This document shows positions 20,023 through 28,841 of a stretch of DNA of 64,000 nucleotides, one piece after another. The stretch's first letter is position 1, and each line of letters begins with the position of its first letter. A program made the position numbers and the translations under genes. Under the pieces are notes generated by a model. It saw nothing but the letters and a program-made list of their open reading frames with translations. It was not told the DNA's origin and made no database searches. Origin of the DNA: Bacteroidales bacterium UBA3143 (lineage in GTDB: Bacteria > Bacteroidota > Bacteroidia > Bacteroidales > Dysgonomonadaceae); assembly GCA_002364735.1 (NCBI GenBank), contig DEZB01000011.1, positions 65,371-129,370 of the forward strand. The letters are read 5' to 3'.

Positions 20023-21003
20023 TTAAAAATAGATTGGATGCGATCTTAAGTAAGCAGTAGTATTTCTTTTTCTATCTAAATTCCTTAGAATATTATTAAT
20101 ATCTTCTTCCGTCTTTTGTACAGCATCAGCTATTTCGCTAATAGAATAATCATTTTCAGTTCCATATAGAATTAGATCCATTGTTCTAAATGGCAATTGA
20201 AAAAAGAACTCCTCTTGAGTTTGTTCCGCACTGTAGGTGTCTGTTGTGGGAGTTCTGTCTAAAATATCTTTAGGAACACCTAAATAATCTGCCATTTGAA
20301 ATACTTGAGACTTATAAAGTTTCGCAATTGGCATCACATCTGCTCCTCCATCTCCATTTTTTACAAAAAAACCTTGTTCCACTTCATGTTTATTTGGAGT
20401 TCCTATAACTGCATAATGATAGCATTCTGCATAATAATAAAGCATTGCCATTCGGCTTCTTTGTTTAAAATTTGATGCTGCAACGATTTGCAAATAATCT
20501 CTTACTGGCAACACTTTATTGATTTCTCTTCCATCAGGTTTTATAACTGTAACAGAAAAAACAGGTGGTATATTTCGATCAATTTTTTGTTTAATAACTA
20601 TTTTCGACTTGTCGGTATTAGGATTAAATTCTGAAATAACATTTTCGATTGCACTATTTCGTCTTGCATAACATCCAAAACCTGTAAGAGCGCCAGTCAT
20701 TTCTTCAACAACAACTTTAACTCCAAACTTTTTAGCCAACTCTTTAGCCATTCTTTCGCTATCCGAGTTTGACTCGGCTTCTGGCAATATAAGTCCTAAA
20801 ACATTTTCTGCTCCAAATGCTTTTACAGCTAAAGCCAAAGTAGTAGAAGAATCAATCCCTCCACTAATTCCAACAACACCTCCTTTTCGATTCAATTCAA
20901 GATGGACAGTGTTCTTTAGTTTTTTAATAATCTCATTACAAAAAGACTCTATATCTTTAATATGTAAAAGATCTTCAGATAATACATATTTAGAATTTCC
21001 CAT
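20023..21003 (-). CDS. NadE-like PP-loop ATP pyrophosphatase (NAD+ synthetase family, no glutaminase domain)
   Basis: 326 aa with PP-loop GISGGIDSSTTLALA. No nitrilase or glutaminase domain is fused. Confidence 0.7.
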   Translation of the reverse strand: MGNSKYVLSEDLLHIKDIESFCNEIIKKLKNTVHLELNRKGGVVGISGGIDSSTTLALAVKAFGAENVLGLILPEAESNSDSERMAKELAKKFGVKVVVEEMTGALTGFGCYARRNSAIENVISEFNPNTDKSKIVIKQKIDRNIPPVFSVTVIKPDGREINKVLPVRDYLQIVAASNFKQRSRMAMLYYYAECYHYAVIGTPNKHEVEQGFFVKNGDGGADVMPIAKLYKSQVFQMADYLGVPKDILDRTPTTDTYSAEQTQEEFFFQLPFRTMDLILYGTENDYSISEIADAVQKTEEDINNILRNLDRKRNTTAYLRSHPIYF

Positions 21004-21014
21004 AGCACATCGAT

Positions 21015-23009
21015 TTAATTCTGTTTTAGATTTATATCAAATACATTGTTTTCCAACATCGAATTTTCTTTATTTAAAAATTTTGAATTAGTTTTCTCTA
21101 TAAATAAAGAATATAATATTTGAGTAGATAAAATTGACGTTAATGCCATATTATCTATTTCTGTTATTTGTTTTGAAAGCTTCATCTTTTCAAGCAGTTG
21201 ACTTACATTATCGTAATTAAAAAGACCAGCAGATTGAATCTTTTCTTTCGAGAGAAAGTCATTTATAACAGTCGAATACAGAGCAGAAAACATAGTTGAC
21301 CCACCAGGAGTTCTATAAGGTTGCTTTTGTCTGTTAATCACCTCGTTGGGGAGTTTATTTTTCATCATAGCTTTCAAGATATATTTCTCTTTTAGGCCAT
21401 TTAATTTGAAAGATGGATTCAACTTCATGCTCAACTCTATAACTCGATGATCTAAAAAAGGATATCTACCTTCAATTCCATTAGCCATTGTCATTCGTTC
21501 TCCTTGAGATGACAACAGATAACCACTCATAAAAATTTTCGCTTCAAGCCATTGAGCACGAGACAATATATCAATCTCTTTTAATTCTGTTCTAATTTTT
21601 TCAGTAATTTCTTCTACGGGATTGTAATCTTTTATTTCATCTATTAAATCAGACGAAAAATATTTTTTTATTCGTGAAGTATTGTTCCATCTTAATAGAT
21701 GAGAATAAACTGGAGAGGAAGTTTCTGTTAGCTTGTAACCAAAAAACATTTTTAAAGACAAATTATTTGCTGCATCCATATATGGTAAGTATGGATAAAG
21801 CCTCTTCAAAAGTAAGGGACGATATTTAGAAGACGGTTCTTTTGCCCAAAACGCTCTTATTATAGCTTCCTTAAAAATATTGTATCCTCCTAATATTTCA
21901 TCAGCTCCTTCACCGCTAAGAACAGAGCTTACAGTATTATCTTTAACTGATTTTGACAACAGTATCATTGGGACTGCTCCTGTTCGTAATAAAGTGGTTT
22001 CAGCATGCCAAACAACACGCTCAAAATTATCAGAAATATCATTTTCATTACACATCAATTTAGTATGATTTGTAGTGAAATACTCCACAATCATTTTTTG
22101 ATAAAATGACTCATCGTAACGACTATCTGTAAAACCCACAGAAAAAGTATCTAACTTAAAATCAGGACAATTTCTTTTTATATATGCAATTATAACACTT
22201 GAATCAATCCCTCCGCTTACATAAGCACCAAAGTTATTATCAGGTTCGATTCTAATTTTAACTGCATCATTTAAAACAGCATCAAGTTGATCCATAGCGT
22301 CTTCAAACCTTAATCGAGAATATTCATGAGGCTTAAAGACTGGGAAAGTCCAATATTTATTTATTTTGATGCCATCTGAATTAAATATTAAACTATGACC
22401 TGGAGATAGCTCATAAATATCTTTGAAATTTGTATTAGGAGCTATCGTTGTCCAAAAAGTAATAATTTGAGTAAGTGATTTAGAAGATATAGTCGGTTTT
22501 ACTGTGGGGTATTGTAAAATTGCTTTTATTTCTGAAGCGAATATAAAGTCGTTATCATTCTGGGTATAATACAAGGGACAAATCCCTACCCTATCTCTTG
22601 CTAAAAAGAATTCTTTTTTTCTTGTATTCCAAATTGCAAATGCAAATTGACCATTAATCATATTAAGACAATCGTCACCAAACACTTCAAATAAATGAAG
22701 CATAAGTACATCATCACTGTAAACATTCAGATAATAACCAGCTTTATGAAGTTTATTTTTTAATTCCGAATGATTAAAAATATTTCCGCTCCAAACAATC
22801 CATAATGTTTTTGATTCATTTGAAACAGGAATTCTCTTTGTCACATTTACAACGTTTGATCTTTTTAAATCAGCCATTGCTATAAACTCAGAAGTACAAA
22901 CCCTCAACTCATCAGCCCCTCTATGTTCTATAGAGGTAATCATAGCGTTTATAACATATCGTTTTTCAATGCTTTTTTTAGAATTATAAAAACCAACTAT
23001 GCCTGACAT
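21015..23009 (-). CDS. asparagine synthetase B-like amidotransferase with Ser at the Ntn nucleophile position
   Basis: 664 aa. Begins MSGIVGF where the family has MCGI (codon TCA at 23006..23004). The synthetase PP-loop YVSGGIDSS is intact. Confidence 0.8.
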   Translation of the reverse strand: MSGIVGFYNSKKSIEKRYVINAMITSIEHRGADELRVCTSEFIAMADLKRSNVVNVTKRIPVSNESKTLWIVWSGNIFNHSELKNKLHKAGYYLNVYSDDVLMLHLFEVFGDDCLNMINGQFAFAIWNTRKKEFFLARDRVGICPLYYTQNDNDFIFASEIKAILQYPTVKPTISSKSLTQIITFWTTIAPNTNFKDIYELSPGHSLIFNSDGIKINKYWTFPVFKPHEYSRLRFEDAMDQLDAVLNDAVKIRIEPDNNFGAYVSGGIDSSVIIAYIKRNCPDFKLDTFSVGFTDSRYDESFYQKMIVEYFTTNHTKLMCNENDISDNFERVVWHAETTLLRTGAVPMILLSKSVKDNTVSSVLSGEGADEILGGYNIFKEAIIRAFWAKEPSSKYRPLLLKRLYPYLPYMDAANNLSLKMFFGYKLTETSSPVYSHLLRWNNTSRIKKYFSSDLIDEIKDYNPVEEITEKIRTELKEIDILSRAQWLEAKIFMSGYLLSSQGERMTMANGIEGRYPFLDHRVIELSMKLNPSFKLNGLKEKYILKAMMKNKLPNEVINRQKQPYRTPGGSTMFSALYSTVINDFLSKEKIQSAGLFNYDNVSQLLEKMKLSKQITEIDNMALTSILSTQILYSLFIEKTNSKFLNKENSMLENNVFDINLKQN

Positions 23010-23018
23010 ATTTAAAAT

Positions 23019-23303
23019 TTAGTACTCTGTATTTAAGGAAACTTGTCGAATATTTTTGCATAATTTAGCTGATACAAAATCAGATATGCTCATAATTGAT
23101 TTAAAATTATCATTGTTCAGCTCATCATCTTCTACTTCAATATTAAATTCTTCCCTCAAGAAATCAATTAAGAATAAAAAACCCATTGAATCTAATAAGT
23201 TATTCTCAAATATTAATGTTTCCGTTTGAATGTCAGATTTTTCTGTAAAAGACTCTTTAACTATGTAATTATGCACCTTTTCGATTATCACGCTTTTCTC
23301 CAT
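23019..23303 (-). CDS. acyl/peptidyl carrier protein
   Basis: 94 aa acidic four-helix-type protein with the phosphopantetheine-attachment motif LLDSMGFL. Confidence 0.75.
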   Translation of the reverse strand: MEKSVIIEKVHNYIVKESFTEKSDIQTETLIFENNLLDSMGFLFLIDFLREEFNIEVEDDELNNDNFKSIMSISDFVSAKLCKNIRQVSLNTEY

Positions 23304-23364
23304 AGCATTCTATTTAATGTTGTTTATTATAATAACGTTGATAAATTTTTATTGTTCCATAAAT

Positions 23365-24339
23365 TCATGGTTTAACATTACCTAATTGAAAAGTATAGCC
23401 AAGTGTTGATATACAATTATGAATTTCCTTAAATCGAACAAGTCCAACATTTGGTTCTCCATCTGTGCTTGATTTACCTAAGTCGATGAAATTAAAACCT
23501 TTTTCTTTATAAAAATTGTAAATATTGAGATAAATAAAATCTACAGCAGCTAATTTACGCGCGGATAAAAGATCTCCTACAAATACACCCTGAGAAATTT
23601 GTTCATGTCCTCTGTAGAAAACACCAGCACTTACCCCCTCTCCATTACTATTTCTAACCAAAAAGAAATCAACTGGAATTACATCATTCACTTCCATAAT
23701 ATCTTCTAAAGACATAAATATATTACGATTTTGGCCTTTCCTATTTTCTGAAATAATTTGAAATGCTTCTTTAATCGAGGCTTCATCTTTTGCCTCGCTA
23801 AAAGAGAGTCCTTGCCTTATAGCTCTTTTGCAATTTTGTCTTACTTCACTTTTACACCATTCTCCATCAAAATGTCTTAAATCTATAAAATTTAATATAT
23901 CTGGTGTATTCATGTTGTAACCCAGTCTTATAAAAGCATTTACCAACTTTGCATTTATAGTTGGATTATAAATGTTGGGAGAAAGTGTTACACTCAAACC
24001 TTCAAGATTCCACTCTGTGATGTATTGCTTTAGATGAAGCAGGAAATCATAAATTCGATCATAAAAAACGGCTTCATATTTATAATGAAATCCACCAAAA
24101 GGAGCTGAAAATGGAGCTAATAGCACGTTATCCTTAATGCCAGCCACCAGTCCAATAGCAACATCTTTATGAGAAGAGTCAATTAAGCGAACAACCCTAT
24201 CAACTTTATTATTTACAAGATTAATAAATCCTTCAGAAATAAATGGATATGGATCATGAGCAAAATAGTTTTTATATTCCTTTGGTGAAATATCAATTAT
24301 CATAGTATTTTGTGTGTTTTTTTCGTTTACTATTATCAA
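23365..24339 (-). CDS. FemAB-like / BioF2-like GNAT-fold transferase
   Basis: 324 aa. Two-lobed GNAT-like pattern and C-terminal GLVRFKEIHN resemble the GLxxFKxxFG motif of the FemAB/Acetyltransf_6 family. Medium confidence without an HMM search. Confidence 0.5.
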   Translation of the reverse strand: MIIVNEKNTQNTMIIDISPKEYKNYFAHDPYPFISEGFINLVNNKVDRVVRLIDSSHKDVAIGLVAGIKDNVLLAPFSAPFGGFHYKYEAVFYDRIYDFLLHLKQYITEWNLEGLSVTLSPNIYNPTINAKLVNAFIRLGYNMNTPDILNFIDLRHFDGEWCKSEVRQNCKRAIRQGLSFSEAKDEASIKEAFQIISENRKGQNRNIFMSLEDIMEVNDVIPVDFFLVRNSNGEGVSAGVFYRGHEQISQGVFVGDLLSARKLAAVDFIYLNIYNFYKEKGFNFIDLGKSSTDGEPNVGLVRFKEIHNCISTLGYTFQLGNVKP

Positions 24340-25448
24340 TTCAACAATAAATGTTGTAGTATTTCTTTTAATTTAGTCTCAAAAGTTTGAAGTGTAAATT
24401 CATTTTCATATTTTTTTCTGCCTGCAACCCCCATTTTAATTCTTAATTCTGAATGTTTAATCAGTAATTCGAGTTTCTCAGCAAATGCTTCCACGTTTTT
24501 TTGAGGAACTAAAAAACCTGTAATTCCATCTTCAATAACATCAGGAATCCCACCTTCGAAAGTAGATACTATTGGAATGGAATATTGCATTGCTTCTAAA
24601 TTTACTAAACCAAAAGTTTCGTTGTAAGTGGGAAATGCAAATATATCTGTTTTAGAAAAAATTGATATCTTATCCTGATTATATTTTTTCCCTAAATATT
24701 TTACATGGTTTTCCAAGTTTAATTCATCAACTCTCTGTAAAAAACTTTTAATTGTTATATCTCCTTCTCCTCCTACAAAAGTACAATGAAAGGATGTTTT
24801 TTTGTTTTGAATAATTTTACAGGCTTCAAGCAATACATATACCCCCTTCGACTTCATCAAGTTTGATAAAAATAATATCTCAACTATTGCATTTGTGTTA
24901 TTTTGCTTATTATTAATAATTTCTTTAATATTTTCTACATCAGGTATACCATTAGCGCAAATAAAAACATTGCTTTTCGTAACAAAAGTATTTATGTCGT
25001 CGTACAAATAAGATGAAAGTAATATCACTTTGCTTTTTTTAAAAACATACTTATAAAGCAAGTAATTTACTTTTTTAGTTTCATTCTTTTTTATTCCTTT
25101 GCTGTGAATATGAAAAACCGTTTTTACTTTAAATAATTTGAGCAGAAAAACAAATGATACATCTTTATAAAATGCAATGCTCGAGATTGACAAAGCAAAA
25201 TAACAGAGGTTAGGTTTATTTTTTGTTAGTTCAAGAAGTAATTTAAACCATGATACAACAAAACGCCATAATTTTAATACTTTAGTTTTACCTGTTTCAT
25301 CTATTGATCGAGAAACAAGTAAATTGATATACCGTGCTTCGAAAGTATTATTTATTTCTTTGCTGTTTTTAATTAACTCTCCTACCATTGATACCCCATG
25401 TACTGGAGGTGGAAGATGAAGTAAGAATAATACATTATTATTTTTCAT
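24336..25448 (-). CDS. glycosyltransferase family 4 (GT-B)
   Basis: 370 aa. C-terminal EAMQYSIPIVSTFEGGIPDVIEDGITGFLV (E-x7-E region). Confidence 0.85.
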   Translation of the reverse strand: MKNNNVLFLLHLPPPVHGVSMVGELIKNSKEINNTFEARYINLLVSRSIDETGKTKVLKLWRFVVSWFKLLLELTKNKPNLCYFALSISSIAFYKDVSFVFLLKLFKVKTVFHIHSKGIKKNETKKVNYLLYKYVFKKSKVILLSSYLYDDINTFVTKSNVFICANGIPDVENIKEIINNKQNNTNAIVEILFLSNLMKSKGVYVLLEACKIIQNKKTSFHCTFVGGEGDITIKSFLQRVDELNLENHVKYLGKKYNQDKISIFSKTDIFAFPTYNETFGLVNLEAMQYSIPIVSTFEGGIPDVIEDGITGFLVPQKNVEAFAEKLELLIKHSELRIKMGVAGRKKYENEFTLQTFETKLKEILQHLLLN

Positions 25449-26577
25449 TATTATATATATCCAAATAAAAATTAGAGTATTCTTTTATCATTCTATCAAA
25501 TGAGAAGTGTTCTGATACAAAATTATAAGCTTTTAATTTGAGTTCATCAATATCATAATGATTATTCTTTATGTTCTCAAACAACTTCAATATATCATTT
25601 TCATTATCTAATTTGAATCTTAAAGGCCAATCAGTTGGGAAAGTTTCATCCAAACCTGGAGCATAACTTGCAATTACTGGAACTTTAGCAAAAGAAGACT
25701 CAATTGAAACTAATGGTAATCCTTCAAAATGTGAAGGCATAAAAATAAAATCAAAATCATATAGTTTCTCAGATATATTTGGCACTGAATCATATACATA
25801 AACATTGTCATACTTTTTCTGTAATTCCAGAATATCATATAAATAATCTCCATTGCCAATAATATGAAAAACAAATATGTCTTGGTGCAATTTATTAATT
25901 TTATTAATTACGTTTATCAATGTATCAATACCTTTGTACAGAACAAATCTGCCACAAAAAGCTATATTTATTTTTTTATTAGAAGTTTTAAATGGATGCT
26001 TTTTCATTTCAGGTATTTTACATCCATTATAAATAACTTTTTGATTTGAAGAAATAGGTTGTTTGCAATCAATGCGCAACTTTTTATGTGCATTTAAAGC
26101 GCCTAATGATACACTTGCAATATGATCATCATGAAACGTTGACTCTGTAAATTTAGCGAATTTAGGATGAACACTCCATAATTGTGTGCTATGGATTGTT
26201 CTCACAACAGCAGGTTTTTTAATATTAAGAAATGACAATATACGCATTGAAGAAGCAAGGACAAAATCAGGTAAATCTGTATGAGAATGAACTATTTTAG
26301 GTTTATTTTTCCAAAGGAGATAAAATAGTTTTAGAGGTGCAAAAAACATACTAACTCTTTTTTTTCCTTTAAAAAGAGTAATCATATCAATGTTTTTTTC
26401 TGCTAAGATTCTCTTTTTCTCATGTGCATAATTATTTTCTGTATTATATAATTCAACCACAGTGAATTTAAAGTTATTATTATTTATATTCGATTTACAA
26501 TGCTCGGTTAGTTGAAAAGCGACATTTTCTGAACCACCTAAGTGTATCGAAGTTATTAACTGATATATTGTGATCAT
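25438..26577 (-). CDS. glycosyltransferase family 4 (GT-B)
   Basis: 379 aa. N-terminal GGSENV and C-terminal PSHFEGLPLVSIESSFAKVPVIAS. Confidence 0.8.
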   Translation of the reverse strand: MITIYQLITSIHLGGSENVAFQLTEHCKSNINNNNFKFTVVELYNTENNYAHEKKRILAEKNIDMITLFKGKKRVSMFFAPLKLFYLLWKNKPKIVHSHTDLPDFVLASSMRILSFLNIKKPAVVRTIHSTQLWSVHPKFAKFTESTFHDDHIASVSLGALNAHKKLRIDCKQPISSNQKVIYNGCKIPEMKKHPFKTSNKKINIAFCGRFVLYKGIDTLINVINKINKLHQDIFVFHIIGNGDYLYDILELQKKYDNVYVYDSVPNISEKLYDFDFIFMPSHFEGLPLVSIESSFAKVPVIASYAPGLDETFPTDWPLRFKLDNENDILKLFENIKNNHYDIDELKLKAYNFVSEHFSFDRMIKEYSNFYLDIYNNEK

Positions 26578-26648
26578 ATTGAAAAAGTTTTATCTTTAAT
26601 TATTCCAAAATATTAATTGTAATTCTGTTAATGACCAATATAAGGAGC

Positions 26649-27515
26649 TTAGTTTTTAAATCTTGACCATAAGAATGGAAAAAAAGTTTTTAACCAAAGC
26701 ATTACAAATGAATAGGGTAAAAATAATGGGAAGTGCTTTTTTATATAATAAAGATATTCCCTATATGCTAAACCCTTTGGACTCTTTAAATAAGCAATTC
26801 GTTCTTTTAAAGAAGTATAGTGAGACTTCCAGTTTTCACCATGATCATGCACACATATTCCTCCAACGTTAGGAGCTAAATACACTGGTATATTCTTTTT
26901 TATAGCTTGTAATGAATAGTCAAAATCAGCTATTCCGTGCGTATATTGTTCATCAAATATGCCAATAGTATCTACTGTCTCTTTACTTATCCACAATATA
27001 TTGGCATTTGTCAATTCACATTGTTGAGGAACATTTTTTGGGGTTAATAGTTTACTTCGAACAACAAAATGATTAGTAATTAATCCATATCCACCATAAG
27101 TGGTCTGGTTTGTATTCTTATCAATTGTTGCTCCAGAATATATGCCAGTTTTCTTATTCTTTTTTAAAGCATATTTGTCTGTTTCTATCAAATGATTAAG
27201 AAAATCATTATGAAGCACCACATCATCATTTAGTAATAGAAATGCGTCGTAATTTTCACGTTCTAATGCAGTTCTCCATGCCAAACGCATTCCCCCTGCC
27301 CAAAACAAGTTCCCAGCTCCTTTAATTATATTTACCTGAGGGAAAAAATCTTTAACTGCATCACTTGTCCCATCCGTCGAACCATCATCAACTAAATAGA
27401 TCTCGAACTTTAATCCCTCAGGGATATATGCTTGAAAGAATGATTGCAAACAAGCTATAGTTTTACTTTTGCGATTAAAACATGTAAGTAAAACAGCAAT
27501 TTTTTTATTTTCCAT
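26649..27515 (-). CDS. glycosyltransferase family 2
   Basis: IAVLLTCFNRK, VDDGSTDGT and a DD motif (LLNDDV). I favour the start at M10 (27515). The track's longest ORF starts at 27542 and would overlap wzy by 38 nt. Confidence 0.8.
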   Translation of the reverse strand: MENKKIAVLLTCFNRKSKTIACLQSFFQAYIPEGLKFEIYLVDDGSTDGTSDAVKDFFPQVNIIKGAGNLFWAGGMRLAWRTALERENYDAFLLLNDDVVLHNDFLNHLIETDKYALKKNKKTGIYSGATIDKNTNQTTYGGYGLITNHFVVRSKLLTPKNVPQQCELTNANILWISKETVDTIGIFDEQYTHGIADFDYSLQAIKKNIPVYLAPNVGGICVHDHGENWKSHYTSLKERIAYLKSPKGLAYREYLYYIKKHFPLFLPYSFVMLWLKTFFPFLWSRFKN

Positions 27516-28836
27516 TATCTTCTTTTTCTCTATATTTTTCATAATTTAGATATCGATTGTCAAAAACACCTCTAATCCAAATAGTAACTTCATTATTATT
27601 CATCATCCTAAATGAGTGCGAAAAGCACAGACCTATCAATACCCATAAAATAAAATAGTTTAAAGAAAAGTTATTTACATCTTCTACCCAAGAATACAAC
27701 CATCTAAAAGCAACAAATAGTCCCAACATTTTAGCATAAATATTTTTAGATCGGTTAATTGCCAAGAAACTTGCTCTATAAAAAATTAAAAGATATAGTA
27801 TGATGCCTAACACACCTGTCCATGTGAAAACGTTTAAGATCCCAACCTCATTCTCAAGTCTTTCATCTCTTCCTGTAAATTCATACGCTAAGGGACCAAA
27901 ATTATCAGAATCATTTCCTCTTGCAGGTGTTCTGCCGAAAAAGATATAATCATTATTAATTGCAGATTGAAGAACTTCTACATATAAAAAGGTACGTGTA
28001 TCGGCTGTAACATTAATTTTATTACGATCACCTTCATCATCCATACCTGTAGCCTGAAATTCTCCTAAATACTCACCAACATTAAAAACATTAAAAACTC
28101 CCGTAACTGCCAAAGTTAAAAATACAAAAGGAGCGATTATCAATAGAATTCGTATTCCTTCTAAAAATTTAACAGATAATTTTTCTTTAAAATAATATAT
28201 TAATAGAATAAAAAAAGGAAAACCAAATTTTATTACATTACTTCTGGCCCCTAAATCTGCACCAAAAACGATTGCTGTAAAAAATAATAGGATTAATCTT
28301 TGTTTAAAACTTAGAGCTGGTAAGAACAACAACAAAAAACTTATAGGCATAAGAAAGAATCCAAAAGAATCAGTTCTAATTAATAACATAAGAATCATGA
28401 AAAGAGGTAATCCATATTTTATATATTTTGAGAGAATGGATTGCACAACAACTTTATTTGTGGTTGAATATACAGTAATAGGTAATAATAGTGCCATCGA
28501 ATTATTTACTAATCCTTTCCAATCCCAATACAATTCTGCAACAAAAGCACCACGCAAAATACAAATTACCATCCAAAATAAGTATAGATTTATTACCAGT
28601 AAATTTTTTTTATTCCTTTCATCTAAGAAGTACTTATTTGATAAAAAGAAAAGAGCAAGAAAAGAAAATATTATTATCCACCAAATTACTGTTACATGTA
28701 AATAGGTCAAATATGGTAAATTACTTGAAGGATATGGTAAAATACTATATATTGCTATAAATAGAATTCCATATGGTAACACATAAGCAACGAAATGTTT
28801 CAGTGTATATTTCATTTTTATTTTTCGGTAGTCCAC
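27505..28836 (-). CDS. wzy: O-antigen/capsule repeat-unit polymerase (Wzy-like polytopic membrane protein)
   Basis: 443 aa with at least 10 predicted TM helices and one large loop (GMDDEGDRNKINVTADTR). It is the only such protein in a wzx/wza/wzc operon. The call rests on context and topology. Confidence 0.6.
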   Translation of the reverse strand: MDYRKIKMKYTLKHFVAYVLPYGILFIAIYSILPYPSSNLPYLTYLHVTVIWWIIIFSFLALFFLSNKYFLDERNKKNLLVINLYLFWMVICILRGAFVAELYWDWKGLVNNSMALLLPITVYSTTNKVVVQSILSKYIKYGLPLFMILMLLIRTDSFGFFLMPISFLLLFLPALSFKQRLILLFFTAIVFGADLGARSNVIKFGFPFFILLIYYFKEKLSVKFLEGIRILLIIAPFVFLTLAVTGVFNVFNVGEYLGEFQATGMDDEGDRNKINVTADTRTFLYVEVLQSAINNDYIFFGRTPARGNDSDNFGPLAYEFTGRDERLENEVGILNVFTWTGVLGIILYLLIFYRASFLAINRSKNIYAKMLGLFVAFRWLYSWVEDVNNFSLNYFILWVLIGLCFSHSFRMMNNNEVTIWIRGVFDNRYLNYEKYREKEDNGK

Positions 28837-28841
28837 AGATA

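Noticed and set aside
28397-28760. Two plus-strand ORFs (102 and 89 aa) inside the wzy gene
   Set aside because: Both are antisense shadow ORFs within a polytopic membrane protein gene, Lys/Phe/Ile-rich with no motifs.
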